From: Podarcis erhardii | Taxonomy: Eukaryota | Strand: one strand, 5' to 3' | DNA length: 64,000 nucleotides | Assembly: GCA_964252035.1 (NCBI GenBank) | Contig: OZ176205.1 | In this document: positions 1 to 12,523 of the stretch, piece by piece | Numbering within the stretch: position 1 is the first letter of the stretch | How the letters are laid out: each line of letters starts with the position of its first letter | The notes under the pieces: generated by a model | The model's database searches: none | The model's input: only the letters and a program-made list of their open reading frames with translations | Told to the model about the DNA's origin: nothing | Position numbers and translations under genes: made by a program

Positions 1-370
1 TATGATGCACTGCAGTGACAGGACGATTTTACAGATGACAGAACATCACTATTTTTCAAACAGCACAGGCTTCATATTTGCTGTTCTGTACAGTGTTTTC
101 TTTGAGCCTGCTACTATTACAATGCAACTGAAGGCACAGCATTGAACATTCTTTAGGTATCCAAACAACTAGTCTTTCCTGGATCACAGGTTCACAAGAA
201 GCAGACCCTTTATCTAGATTATAAATGGATCCTACACATTTTATTTGGGCCTGAAAAAGGATAAAAGAGAACTGGCAAAGGCTTGCTGAAGACACAGCTG
301 CTTCTTATAATCATGTGACTTAATACAAACAGAACACACCGACTTCCATTTCACTGAGTGTTATACTTAC

Positions 371-452
371 TTCTGAGCAAGAGTGACCAAGAATTTGACA
401 CACTGATAACAGCGACTGCTGTCCACATGGTTATTACTATGGTGCATCAGTG
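371..452 (-). CDS. USP24: USP24 exon 63 ([27 protein letters not shown]), 82 nt
   Basis: caacAG acceptor, GTaagt donor; phase 1 to 2. Confidence 0.95.
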
Positions 453-3400
453 CTGTTGAAGAAAAAGAAAGGAGATTAATCAGTATTAAAGACTTCAGGA
501 GTGGGCCCTGCCATAAAGCAGGGAGATTTTATTCTACATCCTAGTTTGGGCTTCATGTCAGACCACTAACCAGAGTGTAGAATCTAAACCATGGTTGTAG
601 TTTCAAAACATTCCACAGACAAACCATCATTTCAAGAAGTTTTTCATAAATATTTCTCACTTTTATTGAGCAGCACCAGCTTCTGCAGACAATAGCTGTA
701 ACTACGGTTCACTAACTTAGACAAAAGCATAGTTTGGTGCAACGTATGAATTTAGCCTATGATTCATGTCTTACTTAACAACAAAATGTCAAGACAAGAG
801 GCGTGAGGAAGTCCAAGGATGTTTATGAAATGATGATATCTGAAATTGATATGTTTTTATATATATTTTTCGTCAAATAAAATTTAATAAATATTAAAAA
901 ACAAAACAAAACAAAATGTCAAGACCCCCTTTCTAGTTAAAACATGCAATGAGCTGTGGGATTACAACCTAGGTTATAATAGAGCAATTAAAGATGATGA
1001 AACTTTGTTATCAACATACCCCCCCCCCATTACCTACAGGATTTCTGTTCTTTTGATGCCACCTGCTTCTGACGTAGTAGTCAAAATGATAAAAAGCGCT
1101 TCTGTTTCTATATCAACCAAGTCTTCAAAATAAAAAAATAGCTCCTTTTGAATTCACACATCATAAATTTGTTTCTAATTCTTCACTTGAATATATTCAA
1201 GGACAGAGATTGTGGGCAGTATCCGTTAGCTGTGGAAGTGTAAGGCTGCTTACGCAAATGATCTCTTCCACCCCCCCCCCCGGCTTCTGTACAAAATGAA
1301 AACCCTGTCCAGACTTTTTTTTTGGTGGGGCTGAACTGTTGTCACTGGAAGGGGGAAATTCACCTCTCCTGCATTGCCACTCTGTATCACACAGCCCCAT
1401 CACCCCCAAGAGAGTTTTCAGGTGGAAAGAAGAGGAAGATTGCTTGTGCAACCTGCCTTTCACTTGTGCGACCACTGGATTTAAGCCATTGATTTTCTTA
1501 CTGCCAATTTTTTGTTTTGGAAGTTTCCCACAATTTCAAAGTGATTTGCCAGGAAGATGAGAAAAAACAAATCCTCTTTGCATGCATGGAAGAACCTACA
1601 AGGTTCTTTGGATCCATTAACACCTCACAGCAGGTTTACTCACCCAGCAATCCATTTTCAGTCTCAAATGCAAACTTGACCCGCTCTATTTGCAAAGGAT
1701 CTTCAATAATCTGCGAAAAGGAACAGAACAATTAGTTTATACAGACACTTGGAATCTATCGTATAGTTATACATTTCTTGGTTGTACCCAATGAAGTCTT
1801 TCCACTAGTACAAGGACTTCTGCCTGCACAAAAGGGCTTTCTCTTGATTCTACCTTGGCTAGATTATATCCACTGTTATGTTAGCAAGATAACTAATATT
1901 ACGACACTGCAAAAACCAGATAAGGGAAAATCCCTGGTTGTATAAATTGGTTGTATAAGTTAGTTTCGTTTTTGGCATCTATACTCCAATGCTTATCAAC
2001 TGAGTGAACAGTGTAACACAAACAAGCAAAAAAACCCCTGTTTGTTATTAAAGTGTGTTCACTTACCAATATCTCATGGAGAAGCTGGAAGGTGTTCTTC
2101 AATTCATGGGGTGGAGCAGTCTCCAGCTGATTCTGTAAGTTGAAGACGCAGATTTAAGCAGGTGGAAGGGCATACACATGAATATCAGACTTAGGATAAT
2201 CATTCATATATGATTTTGCATTTTTAAAAACCCCTAAATTATAACAAGGTGGGGGCTAGATATCTGCACTTTTATCAGAAGCCTGTGTCATCAGAGAAAT
2301 ACATTTAAACACTTTTTTCCAATTTGTTCTGGGGAAGAATTCTTTATTTGTGATTTTTTTCTGAAGAGCATTGGTTCAAAGGATAGGGTGCTGGAGGACA
2401 GGCAGCAGGAACCAAACATATAAAATAGGAAAATTAGAGAAGTGAGAGGAGTACAAACTATGGGCTAAAACACATACAGATCTCCTGCTTCCTGGAAACT
2501 AAGCAATTTTTGTTTGTTTTGCCATTTCAAATATAAGCGTTTTGCTCTTGTAAAAGCAAGTAAGTTACATTTATAAATATGAAATATGTTGCACTATGAC
2601 CTAGGAGACCAGGGTTCAAATTTCCACTTGGCAATGAAGCTCACTGGGTAACCTTGGGCCAGTCGCAGTCTCTTAAATTAACCTACCTCACAGGGTTGTT
2701 GTGGGGATTGAGGAAGGGAAGAACCATGCATGCCACCTTCAGCTCTTTCACAAAAAGGGTGGGATAGAAATGAAATTAATATGCATGCATGGAGCGCATG
2801 GATGAATGGAGGAATATGCCAGAAGCTCTGGCTATTCGTACCTTTTTGCAGAGCCTTTTCATGTGCTACAATAGCTAATGTGTACAGTGAAGTGCAAATA
2901 AACTCTTTCATTCTGAAGAATTGGCACCTGCCAATATGGAGATTGTGCAACAGGCAATTTGATTCTGTACTGCACAGAGCTGCTACGGACACAGACATGT
3001 GTGTGTGTGTGCGCGTGCACGCACACACACACCTCAGGCACCAACGTAGAACAGGCCGTGTTTTGAACATGTACCCTGACTGGTTTCTCCTTACCTTGAT
3101 GAAATGCAGCATGGTAAAGGAAAAGTGCTCATTACAAAAGCAGCAGTACACCACCATCTCAATGAGGACCAGCAGCGATCCAGTTAGCTCCCTTAATGCG
3201 TACATCACCTAATGAAGAAACACAAAGAGTCAGATTAGGCAGCCGTTCTCTCTTAAAATAAAAAAAAAAAATCCAGCTTTGGGAAGCTCGTAGATTTGCT
3301 CTTTTTAAATGTTCTTCACATTTAAGACACAACCCAAGCCTCATAATTTATAGGCCTAAAACAGTAGCTTACCTCCATTAAATAAGGCTTCCCCTCAGGC

Positions 3401-6400
3401 AGGAACAGTAAAGCTTCTACTTCTTCATGGAGGGCCAGGAGCGGCCCAGAGGTGGTAATGCTAAGGGGTGAATGCAGAACACACAGACCAGGAGCTGAAA
3501 AATAAACGAAATGAAATGAAATATGGAGGCAGGAAACGCGCAGAGGGACGAGTGGTGGAGAGGATAGCAAAAACTTTGATCCACGTGATTTTCGGCCTTC
3601 CTGAACAAATACAAGGAGACATCCCCCACCTGCCTGCCTCCTGAGAAAATAGTTGAACCACTACTCCTTTTGAGTAGCAACTTTATATGCAGAGAGTAAA
3701 TAGCAGGGGTGTGCACTGGTTCTGTGTACTGCAAATTACAAGGTGAATCAGGGTGATTTGGGGAAGATTCCCACATCAGACTGTGCTACTAGCATGGTGC
3801 CTCCAGATGGACTGGAGACTCCCTAAGCCTCCAGGTGGCTCTGTGCCCTTGATTCCCACCCCTAGCCTCCCAGAAACTAAGTCAAGCTGACTGGGGGAAA
3901 CTCCCAAAACTCGGAAGGGTGGAGAGGTGGTGGAATCTGAGAAACAGGTCTAGCTTTGAAACACTGATTTCTTTTCCCAGAGCACTCCAACCAGATATTT
4001 AGAGGAGGGGTTGAAAGCTATTTCTTTACATGTTCCATTCTTTACAGTGAATGGAAAGATTTCCATTGTATGCCTCAAAGTAAGTGGGAAAGGGGCTGAA
4101 GACCAGCCCTTTGACCCTTATGGTAACAGGTCCTTGCTGGGAGAAAACCCCTTTTTCCTACGGATTTGTGCTGTTTTGCAGCAACCCCTTTCCATGCAAG
4201 TCTCCTTGGGAGAAGAGAATTTGCCTCCAAATGTCTGTGGGAGGCAGAAGCTCAACCCCCTAACTACAACCATTTGGGCACAAGGGTCTTTGCTAGGGGC
4301 GACATTCCCCACACTCGATATTTCCTGAGAATCTAGCACTTTTTTCTTCGCCCGCAATTCCTAGTGTGCCCACCCTAAAATGGTCAAGTCTGTCCTTGTG
4401 GGAAAAGCGCTGTGAAGCTTCATTCCCTCACAGAAAGGGTGACTGTGCATACAAATTTCACCCAATTCTGGGAGAAAATGAAAAAAAGTATAACTTGTCC
4501 TTTGATGGGAAAAGAATCTAACCTTTAGGTGTCCCCTGGATATAAATGCCTAGTTTGCAGTCTTAATCCATTCTGGAGGGTCCTCCAAGCAAGGACCCAC
4601 TGGCAAATTTAACCCACTTCTGTGAAAAGGGAAGAAAGTTACAGCTGTTTTTAGATTCCCCATTATCATGAAGGGGTTGAGAAAACAGAGCTTAATTTTT
4701 AACAGATCTAAATTGGCTCTGCTCTGAATAACAATGGGTTGAATTGGAAAGACTGGCTCCAAACAGATCAGGCTGCTTCCCAAAGCTGCAGATTAAAAGT
4801 TGAATATGGTGGCTGGTGTACACTCCTTCCAAATAGTCACTGAAAACCAGGAGTTGCTCTTGGTGGGTAAACTGAGGAAGTTTAATCTCTTCACTGAAGA
4901 TCTGCCAAGCTGCATTATTAACAGTGGCCATTTAGTTTTGTGAAATAAAATACTTACCCACATTCCTTTGTGATGAGACATCAGAGTGCAAAACAAGCAG
5001 TGCCACGGTATTATGGAGGAACCCAAACTCTCGAGCTTGTGCTGAACTCCATCTGCGATTCTGTTTTTGTTAGGCAATATTAAAAAAAAAAGAGTAGATT
5101 ATTTTGCAAGCCCTGCTTAAACATCATTGCCTGCACATACTTTTCAGTTTTGTTTCTTTTCTTTTCTTTGATTTAAGGGAGGAGCATTTCTAAAACGAAT
5201 CATATGCTTGCTTTAAGTAAGCAGCAACTGTGTTCATATACTAGTAGCAAAGTATAAAGTGCTATATGGAAAACTCATTTTGAGTTTCCAAGGTAGACTC
5301 AGTTTTATGGTACAGCAGAACCTAGGCATATCGCACCATGAATCGGGTTATGTTGCAAGTAGGCACCCGTTTCTGTTTCATTAATGCAAAAAGCCTTCTA
5401 TCAGCAACTTGTCCCAACAATGGGCAGGGTGTTCCAAGAGGGAGAAGCAATGCATGCAGCAAGTTCAGAATGGGGCTGAGTTGTGCTGAATCACCTACAG
5501 GCTTGAGGCAGTCAGTACCAGCAGCTGCCAAGGCAGGCCAGACACATGGCTCTGCCTCCCTCCTGCCTCAAATGCTGCTGGCAGCGCAGAGCTGGGCCCA
5601 AGGGAAGCAGCTGCAGGGAGTCTGGCTGTTTTCTTGCACATACGATTGCAGGGGGAAGAGGAGCACACAGATTAAATTTCCTTGGCTGCTTCTGTTGGGC
5701 TCTCAGGTACAGGAGCAGCGGTGGCAATCGGAAGACAGAGTTCACAATGGTTTTAATCCCAATGGGGAGTTTCTGTAACTGAGCATATGAACTTGAAGGC
5801 AACACAAATATTCTACCTAGACTACTGGATGATATTAAGCACCTCATTACCTGGTTATTCTGACGGCTAGGACCAAGGAGAAAGTTGATCATATGCCTCA
5901 AGGCAGAATGCCTGAGAAGGAGATCACAAGCTCTTATACCCTGCTGTGAAAGGACAAACAGAACATACGGTCACATCTGTTTCCATATGCAGAGCATGCC
6001 TGCACATTTTAGATTATGGTTCCTTATTATGCTTCGTACTTTCCAAAAGCACATATGATTAAATTATATACTACTGACTGGCAGGGTTTTGAATGGCTCC
6101 ACAGCACCAGATTCCCTGTGATTTGCAGATATTTTTTCTTTCAGGTTTGCTTGCTTACCAGTTTAACAATAGAACACAAAGGAAGTCCTGACAGCTGGAA
6201 ACACATGCCCTAAAGACAGCAGCAGACCATTGGAAAGCACCTGGGGAAAGGCATGCTCTCCAGTCAATAGGGCTTGATTTGAGCACCTGTAACAGGTTTA
6301 AACTCTAAATGGCTATATAAGAAATCTAGAAAAACAGTTGCAGATAGGTAGCCGTGTTGGTCTGCCATAGTCAAAACAAAATAAAAAAAATCCTTCCAGT

Positions 6401-7196
6401 AGCACCTTAAAGACCAGCTAAGTTAGTTCTAGGTATGAGCTTCTTCAGGTATCTGAAGAAGTGTGCATGCACACGAAAGCTCATACCTAGAACTAACTTA
6501 GTTGGTCTTTAAGGTGCTACTGGAAGGAATTTTTTTATTTTGTTTTGTCTAGAAAAACAATCTACCTTTATGTGATAATGGTAATGTTTACCCATAACAT
6601 AAATTTGTCCTAGGATATAGGACAAATAAAGAGAGAAGTGGAAGAGTGAGTATTTGGTTTACCTTTTGTACAAAATTGTTGAACAAGAAGAAGTACTGGG
6701 CACAGTTTTTGCAGTTCTCAGGGACGTCCTTGTCCAGCAGACCAAGCAGCACATCCACTAACTGATGCAGACTTTTCAACTGTTGAAAAGTAAAGATGGG
6801 AAGATCTTGTATTATCAGGAAGGCGGATTTAATTAAGGCACATTTAATAATAAGTACAAAAGGCACCTACTGCCTATGGATTTATTAGGCTTGCTTAAGA
6901 CAAATGCCAGGCAGCTTGGTTCAGCTGGCCATTGGGCATTGCTTCCTTAACACCCCCCTGAACAATTCTATTACATATCCGCCTGGCCTTTGGCTTGGAG
7001 CCAATTTGATTCCCTCCCTCCCTTTCTTTTTTCCTTTCCTTTTCCTCCTGCGATGAGGCTACATTTTAATATTTCCATATTTTAATGTTGTATTTTAATT
7101 TTGTTTTTAAGTTGTAATCATTCAATTTGTTTTTATTATTGCTTGTAAGCCGCTCTGAGCCCGGCCTTGGCTGGGGAGGGTGGGGTATAAATAAAA

Positions 7197-7238
<42 letters not shown>

Positions 7239-10200
7239 TTCAGGACTCACACATATCCTTAGGACAAAATAACTTTATTTAAGAAGGGCGTCAGGGTATA
7301 CACTTTTAGAATAATAGGACTATAACACTTTCAAGTCTGACCACTGGCCCAGCAAATTTAAGTAAAAACACTCAAGCTTAAAAAGCTCTGTATTGAGCAC
7401 AGTGACAACTTTGGTGCATGTCTATGCAAGGAGCTAAGCAGGACATTTAAGCCTCTTTCTCTGACCACCAACCACCTCCTGAGATTTTACCAAACGTTGC
7501 CCATATATTCTCAAATGGATCTCTGCAGCCGTAAGAACAGGAACTTATTTTTTCAAGTAGGAGTTTCTCACTACACTTAATACTGCACTTAGACAAAACC
7601 ATCACAGAACCATAGGATTTGCAAATGTCTGAAACTAGTCACAAGATTCTGGCAGTGAACAGACTAAAGAAATACGACAGAAGAGCGAGGGCGGGAGAGG
7701 GGTGGGGAACAATTAACATATACCATTAATGAAGCAGTAGCATACAATTTTCTGAAGTGCAATGAAATGTTTTGCATACCAGCAGTTACATATTACTGAC
7801 CTTTTCCTGATAAAACAAGGCACTGTCTAAGGTTTTTTCAAGAATGGTGGCTACAGCAACTCGCACCTCTCTTACACTGCATTCCAGTAGAAAAGTCCTG
7901 AAAAATGCACACATGCAATAAAAATGAAGATGCGCGTGATAGAATCCATCTCTCTCATGTGCTAGTAGAAATCTGCAATCCCTGCCTTTTACTCAAGTGT
8001 GAAATCCAATATTTACACTTCTTTGAGAGTAGAAAGACTGGATACGGTCACTTAATAGCCAAACTGAAGGTGCCTCATAGAATGTAAATGATATCTATGT
8101 GCGTCTGACAGGAATTCTTCAAATCAGCAGGACTTAATACCATAACAAAATAGACAGATTAAAAGGAAGCAGTAATTGACTGCCTAAAGCAATGTAGATA
8201 GGCTTTCCACTGAAAGTTGTTCAGTGTGACAGAGCTTGTCATTTGGAGCAGACACATGCCTACACACACACACTGACTCACTGTGCACTTAATGGATCAA
8301 GCAATTTTTATATTCATGTCATAAATTATATTTCCTGCCAGAAAATATATCTAAAAGGCTATCTGCCTCTCCACAAGTAGATCATTCTCTCATATGGCTT
8401 ATTCATCTAAGTATACAAATTTTTGGGTACATGCCTCTAATGAAGATAAGTGAGTAGTATATAATAGTTAGACTTGTGTACTTATATTAATACTTACTTT
8501 ATGAGCTCTCGCCCTTCTGCCTCAACTAAATATTCAACCAACCATTGACAAGCTTCAAAACTTTTAGAAACCAAAGCATCAATGGTTGCAATCCATTCTT
8601 CTATGTCAACCCTTAAAAAAACACCAAAAAACAATCACAGTAAGGTCAGCAAGACTTCAATATGTGAAATATACATTTTCTCTCTTTTAAAAAGCTTTTA
8701 AAAGTGTTACCTGAGTTTTTTCTTGGTTCGCAGACATGTCTGGAAGAGGAACTGGACTGCTAGTTGTAAACTTACTCTTGCCATAGATGGATAATGGGGG
8801 TGCTTTAACTTTGTCTAAGAAAAAGAAAGTGCATCACATAACACCACAAGTACTGGCCTTTCTGATAAGATTATTAAACACAGTTTTCAGACTGGAACTG
8901 AGATGGTGCCAAAATAGTTTTAGGATGGCACAAGAAGGTAAAGAGAATTATCTGAGTTTTCAGAAAAATGCTTTGTCAAATGTCTGGTGACTTCCACTCT
9001 TCTGCTAAGCGCCTTGGCGTTTAAAGCAAGGGGGAAAACAGCTCCCTTGGATTATGCTCTGGGAGCTGCAATCCAGCACAAGCTTTTTCTCATTTTTTGG
9101 AACTTCCTCTTTAGCTCAAACCAAACCATGAGTGTGTGCAGTGGCCTCAATATTTGCCTTGTAACTGTATGTGTTTTAAAATTCTGATCCATTTTCAAAT
9201 TGCTTCCTGCTATTTGCCTTGATTTGGTTTTGTGTAAACAAAATTCTGAGGTTCCCATTCACTATAATGTAGAATTGAAAAATGGTATAACTCCCCCCTC
9301 CCTTTGACCAAAGTGGATGAAATTTACAAGGGCGAGGGAAGCAGATTTTTGTCTCTTGCCTTTTCTTTTCATACAATAATTAAAGGTGTGTATTAAATGC
9401 TTCATACCAGCCTTTTCATTCCAGTGGTTGTGTCCTCTGATGGGTTTTACAGACCTACGATAAGCCATACAGCCTTAGGGTGTCTAAAATGTTGGCTGCA
9501 GAGTTTTGGTGTTTCAGTTTTCTTTGTTAAAGCAGAGCAACACAGGAGCTAACATATATGTGTGTGAGTAGCTTCTAACTTCTTTAAAAGTCCTACACCA
9601 CTGTGCTTTGACAAAAAACACAATCTAGAGCCCTTCAACAACATTTTGGACAGACTCACTTCTTGCAAAGAGATGTAGGAAAAAATAGATATATGAGGGA
9701 AAAGTACAGAAACAATGGGACAACATAAAGCTTTGTGGGATGCTTGATCCAACTTGGTGGAGGGCAGCCCCACAAATCACCCTGTTATTTGGCCCACACA
9801 CAGGCAATGAACACCCTAAAAGATATAATCACAGACTGAACATATGTTTTACTGCAGTTAAGTAATCAAAGAGGCCATAGTATGCTATATCAACAATGCA
9901 TTCATTTTTAAAAAAGAAGTTTGCTGCTGGATAGTCTTAATTTCTCCCCCTCTTCCCACTGAGGACAGTTTATCTTGTTCTGGCTCCACTGAGCCTCAGC
10001 AATTCACTCCACTTAGTATCTGAAAGATAAAATTCATCACTCACAGCATTTAATGAAGCTAACGATAAAACAAAGCTAAAATAGTCACTGCTGTAGACAT
10101 CTCTGTTCTTCATAAACTTCAGGTTTTCATCTCTCACCATCTGAAATGACAACACATGTCTGGTTTTAGAAATAAAAGTCAAGGATATGTTTAGAATTTC

Positions 10201-11936
10201 TAAATCTTTCTTACAGAAAATATGACATTTTTTAAACAAAAGCATCATTAAAAGCAGGATGTTAGAAGCAATGTATATCTCATACTGTATGTTTGAAATG
10301 GCATGATTTGGGCTGAATTAGCTGTAATTATCACCAAGCTAATCAAGTCATACTGGAAAGGCTCACTGAAAACATCAGGCTCAGTGGGCTGCAGCAGTGA
10401 GATTAATGGCAAATTCTATGTGAAGAATTACCAGCAAAATAAACAGAAAATAGAACTCACATTTATTACAGTGCCATAAAACAGCAACTAAACTTTCACA
10501 TGTTTTTCTGTCATGGATGCTTCAGCTGAGATTCCTGCATTGCAGGGAGTTGGACTAGATGACCCTTGGGGTCCCTTTCCAACCCTACAATTCTATTATT
10601 CTATGTTATAGTGCTGGCAAAGATAAACAAAAGGGCAGCTACAATTGAGTTGTCCACTGAAAATGACAGACATTAGGCTTACAAGAGAGAACTATTTCTA
10701 CACAAAATGTGATTAATTTATCGATTATCAAGTCCCACAACATGAGGAAATGGTCTTCAATTGAATAGCTTTAAAATGAAGTGTCACCTCTAAATCTACG
10801 AGATTAAATTTTGTTTTTTGTTTTGCTCCCGAACAATTCAGAGAGTAAAAGATATACCTATATCCATTACACCTAGAATTTTATCTTGTGAATACCTGAC
10901 ATTTTCATGACATTTTCATAATGTTATCTAGCTGCCATTAACACTGTTTACCTGATATATCCGAACCGGCATTTTCTCTACAAATAAGCCTTTTTTCTCC
11001 CCTTTCTTGACCAGCTTGGTCAAGATGGACAAGCGGTCACTACTGGGTCTATGGGGCCGTGGCGATGATTGTGGTGAAACATCTGGTGAAGATGGAGCAG
11101 ACCTAGGAAATAAAACGCATGTAAGCTCAATTCTGAAAATATATTCTTCCATTTGCTTGACAAAGTGCAAAGCCAAAGTTCTCAAGTATGTTGTGCATCT
11201 AGCAATGCACATTTGATCATAACTTTACGTTCTGCACATGGAAGGCCTGAACTCATTATATGGCTGATTGTGGCTACAATCCTGCATCCTTTGCTAGGGC
11301 AGCAGGCTGTGGAGCAGTGTTTTCTAAGAAGCCAGTGTAGCTTCTCCTCCTTCGTCAGGTCTTCAGGGCTGTTTACTGCTGTGGTGCTGAGTACATTGCT
11401 CTAAACAGATGCTCCCATGCATTCAACAACCTGCCAAGCCCTCTCTCACAGCTCTGCTTCTGCTACTACTAATACACTGTATCTGTAATACCCAATGATG
11501 TTCAAAACTGAACCATTTCTTTTTCGTAATGAAAAGAGGCTTCATAGAGTCAGCTGCCAGCCCCCTGCTAATGGAAAAAAAATGAAACAAGGTAAAGAGA
11601 AAACCAAAGGTTTCTCAGACTAAATGTTTTTTGGCCGTTTTAGCAGGATTTGAGTTTCATGGTGCAAGTATTCACCCCCAAATGGTTATGTTCTACTTTT
11701 TCAAGGTTGTATCTTTAAAAAGTTTCAATACTGTAGCTTGTACAGTCCTATTCCTTCATACAGCACCCACCTCCTAAATGTCTTGGATGCCCCTAGTCAT
11801 AAACATACTCACAGAAGCTGTCCTGAGCTTATGCGTAACCAAATTATAGCCTCAAGAGTACTCCTCTGAACAGAAGATTATAAATTCTGCAGAGGTCCCT
11901 CATGGAAGGAATAAGCTTCTGGTTAAGTTGCTTAAA

Positions 11937-11984
<48 letters not shown>

Positions 11985-12487
11985 CACTGGAGGGGAAGCA
12001 AGATGTTCTGCTTGTGCAGGAATCAGATAACTGGGGTAAGTAGGTAAACTTACAAAGACAGGTCCTCAGCTTCCTGACGCACGACGCTAACTCTGCTTTT
12101 CTTTGGCAAAACTGGCGAGTTCTGGTCAGAGACTCTCTGGTAGAAGAGCATGTAGGCATTCCAGTAGCGGCGGCGAACATCAGGATATGGGTTTGCTGCG
12201 AAGAAGAGATATCCTTATAGTTGACTGACTGATTCTTGCAGCAGGAATACTGGCCTAACTACAACTTTCAGGCAGTTGTTAATGGAAATCTACACATTCC
12301 AACGGGGAAAGAATAAATTGCTGATTAAGGGGGCCAACAAGCAACATTTTCCATGGCATTTTATTTTCCAAAGGCAGGTGGCTTACTTCTGTTTCACATC
12401 AAACATTTTTCTCCCCCCCCGACTCCAAGGCCAAGAAAAGCAGGTCTGTACAGGAAACAGCACAGCACTGATATGCATGCGTGCTTC

Positions 12488-12523
<36 letters not shown>

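Noticed and set aside
1-370. Searched for the next exon (CPAAKEYFKE...)
   Set aside because: No matching frame or splice sites; it lies outside the window.
2678-3212. Overlapping 176-aa and 160-aa ORFs on opposite strands
   Set aside because: Explained by exon 60 plus a GT/AC microsatellite and a SINE lacking stop codons.
3780-4400. GC-richer intronic stretch with 105-aa and 79-aa ORFs
   Set aside because: No splice-compatible USP24 similarity and no identifiable repeat termini; left unannotated.
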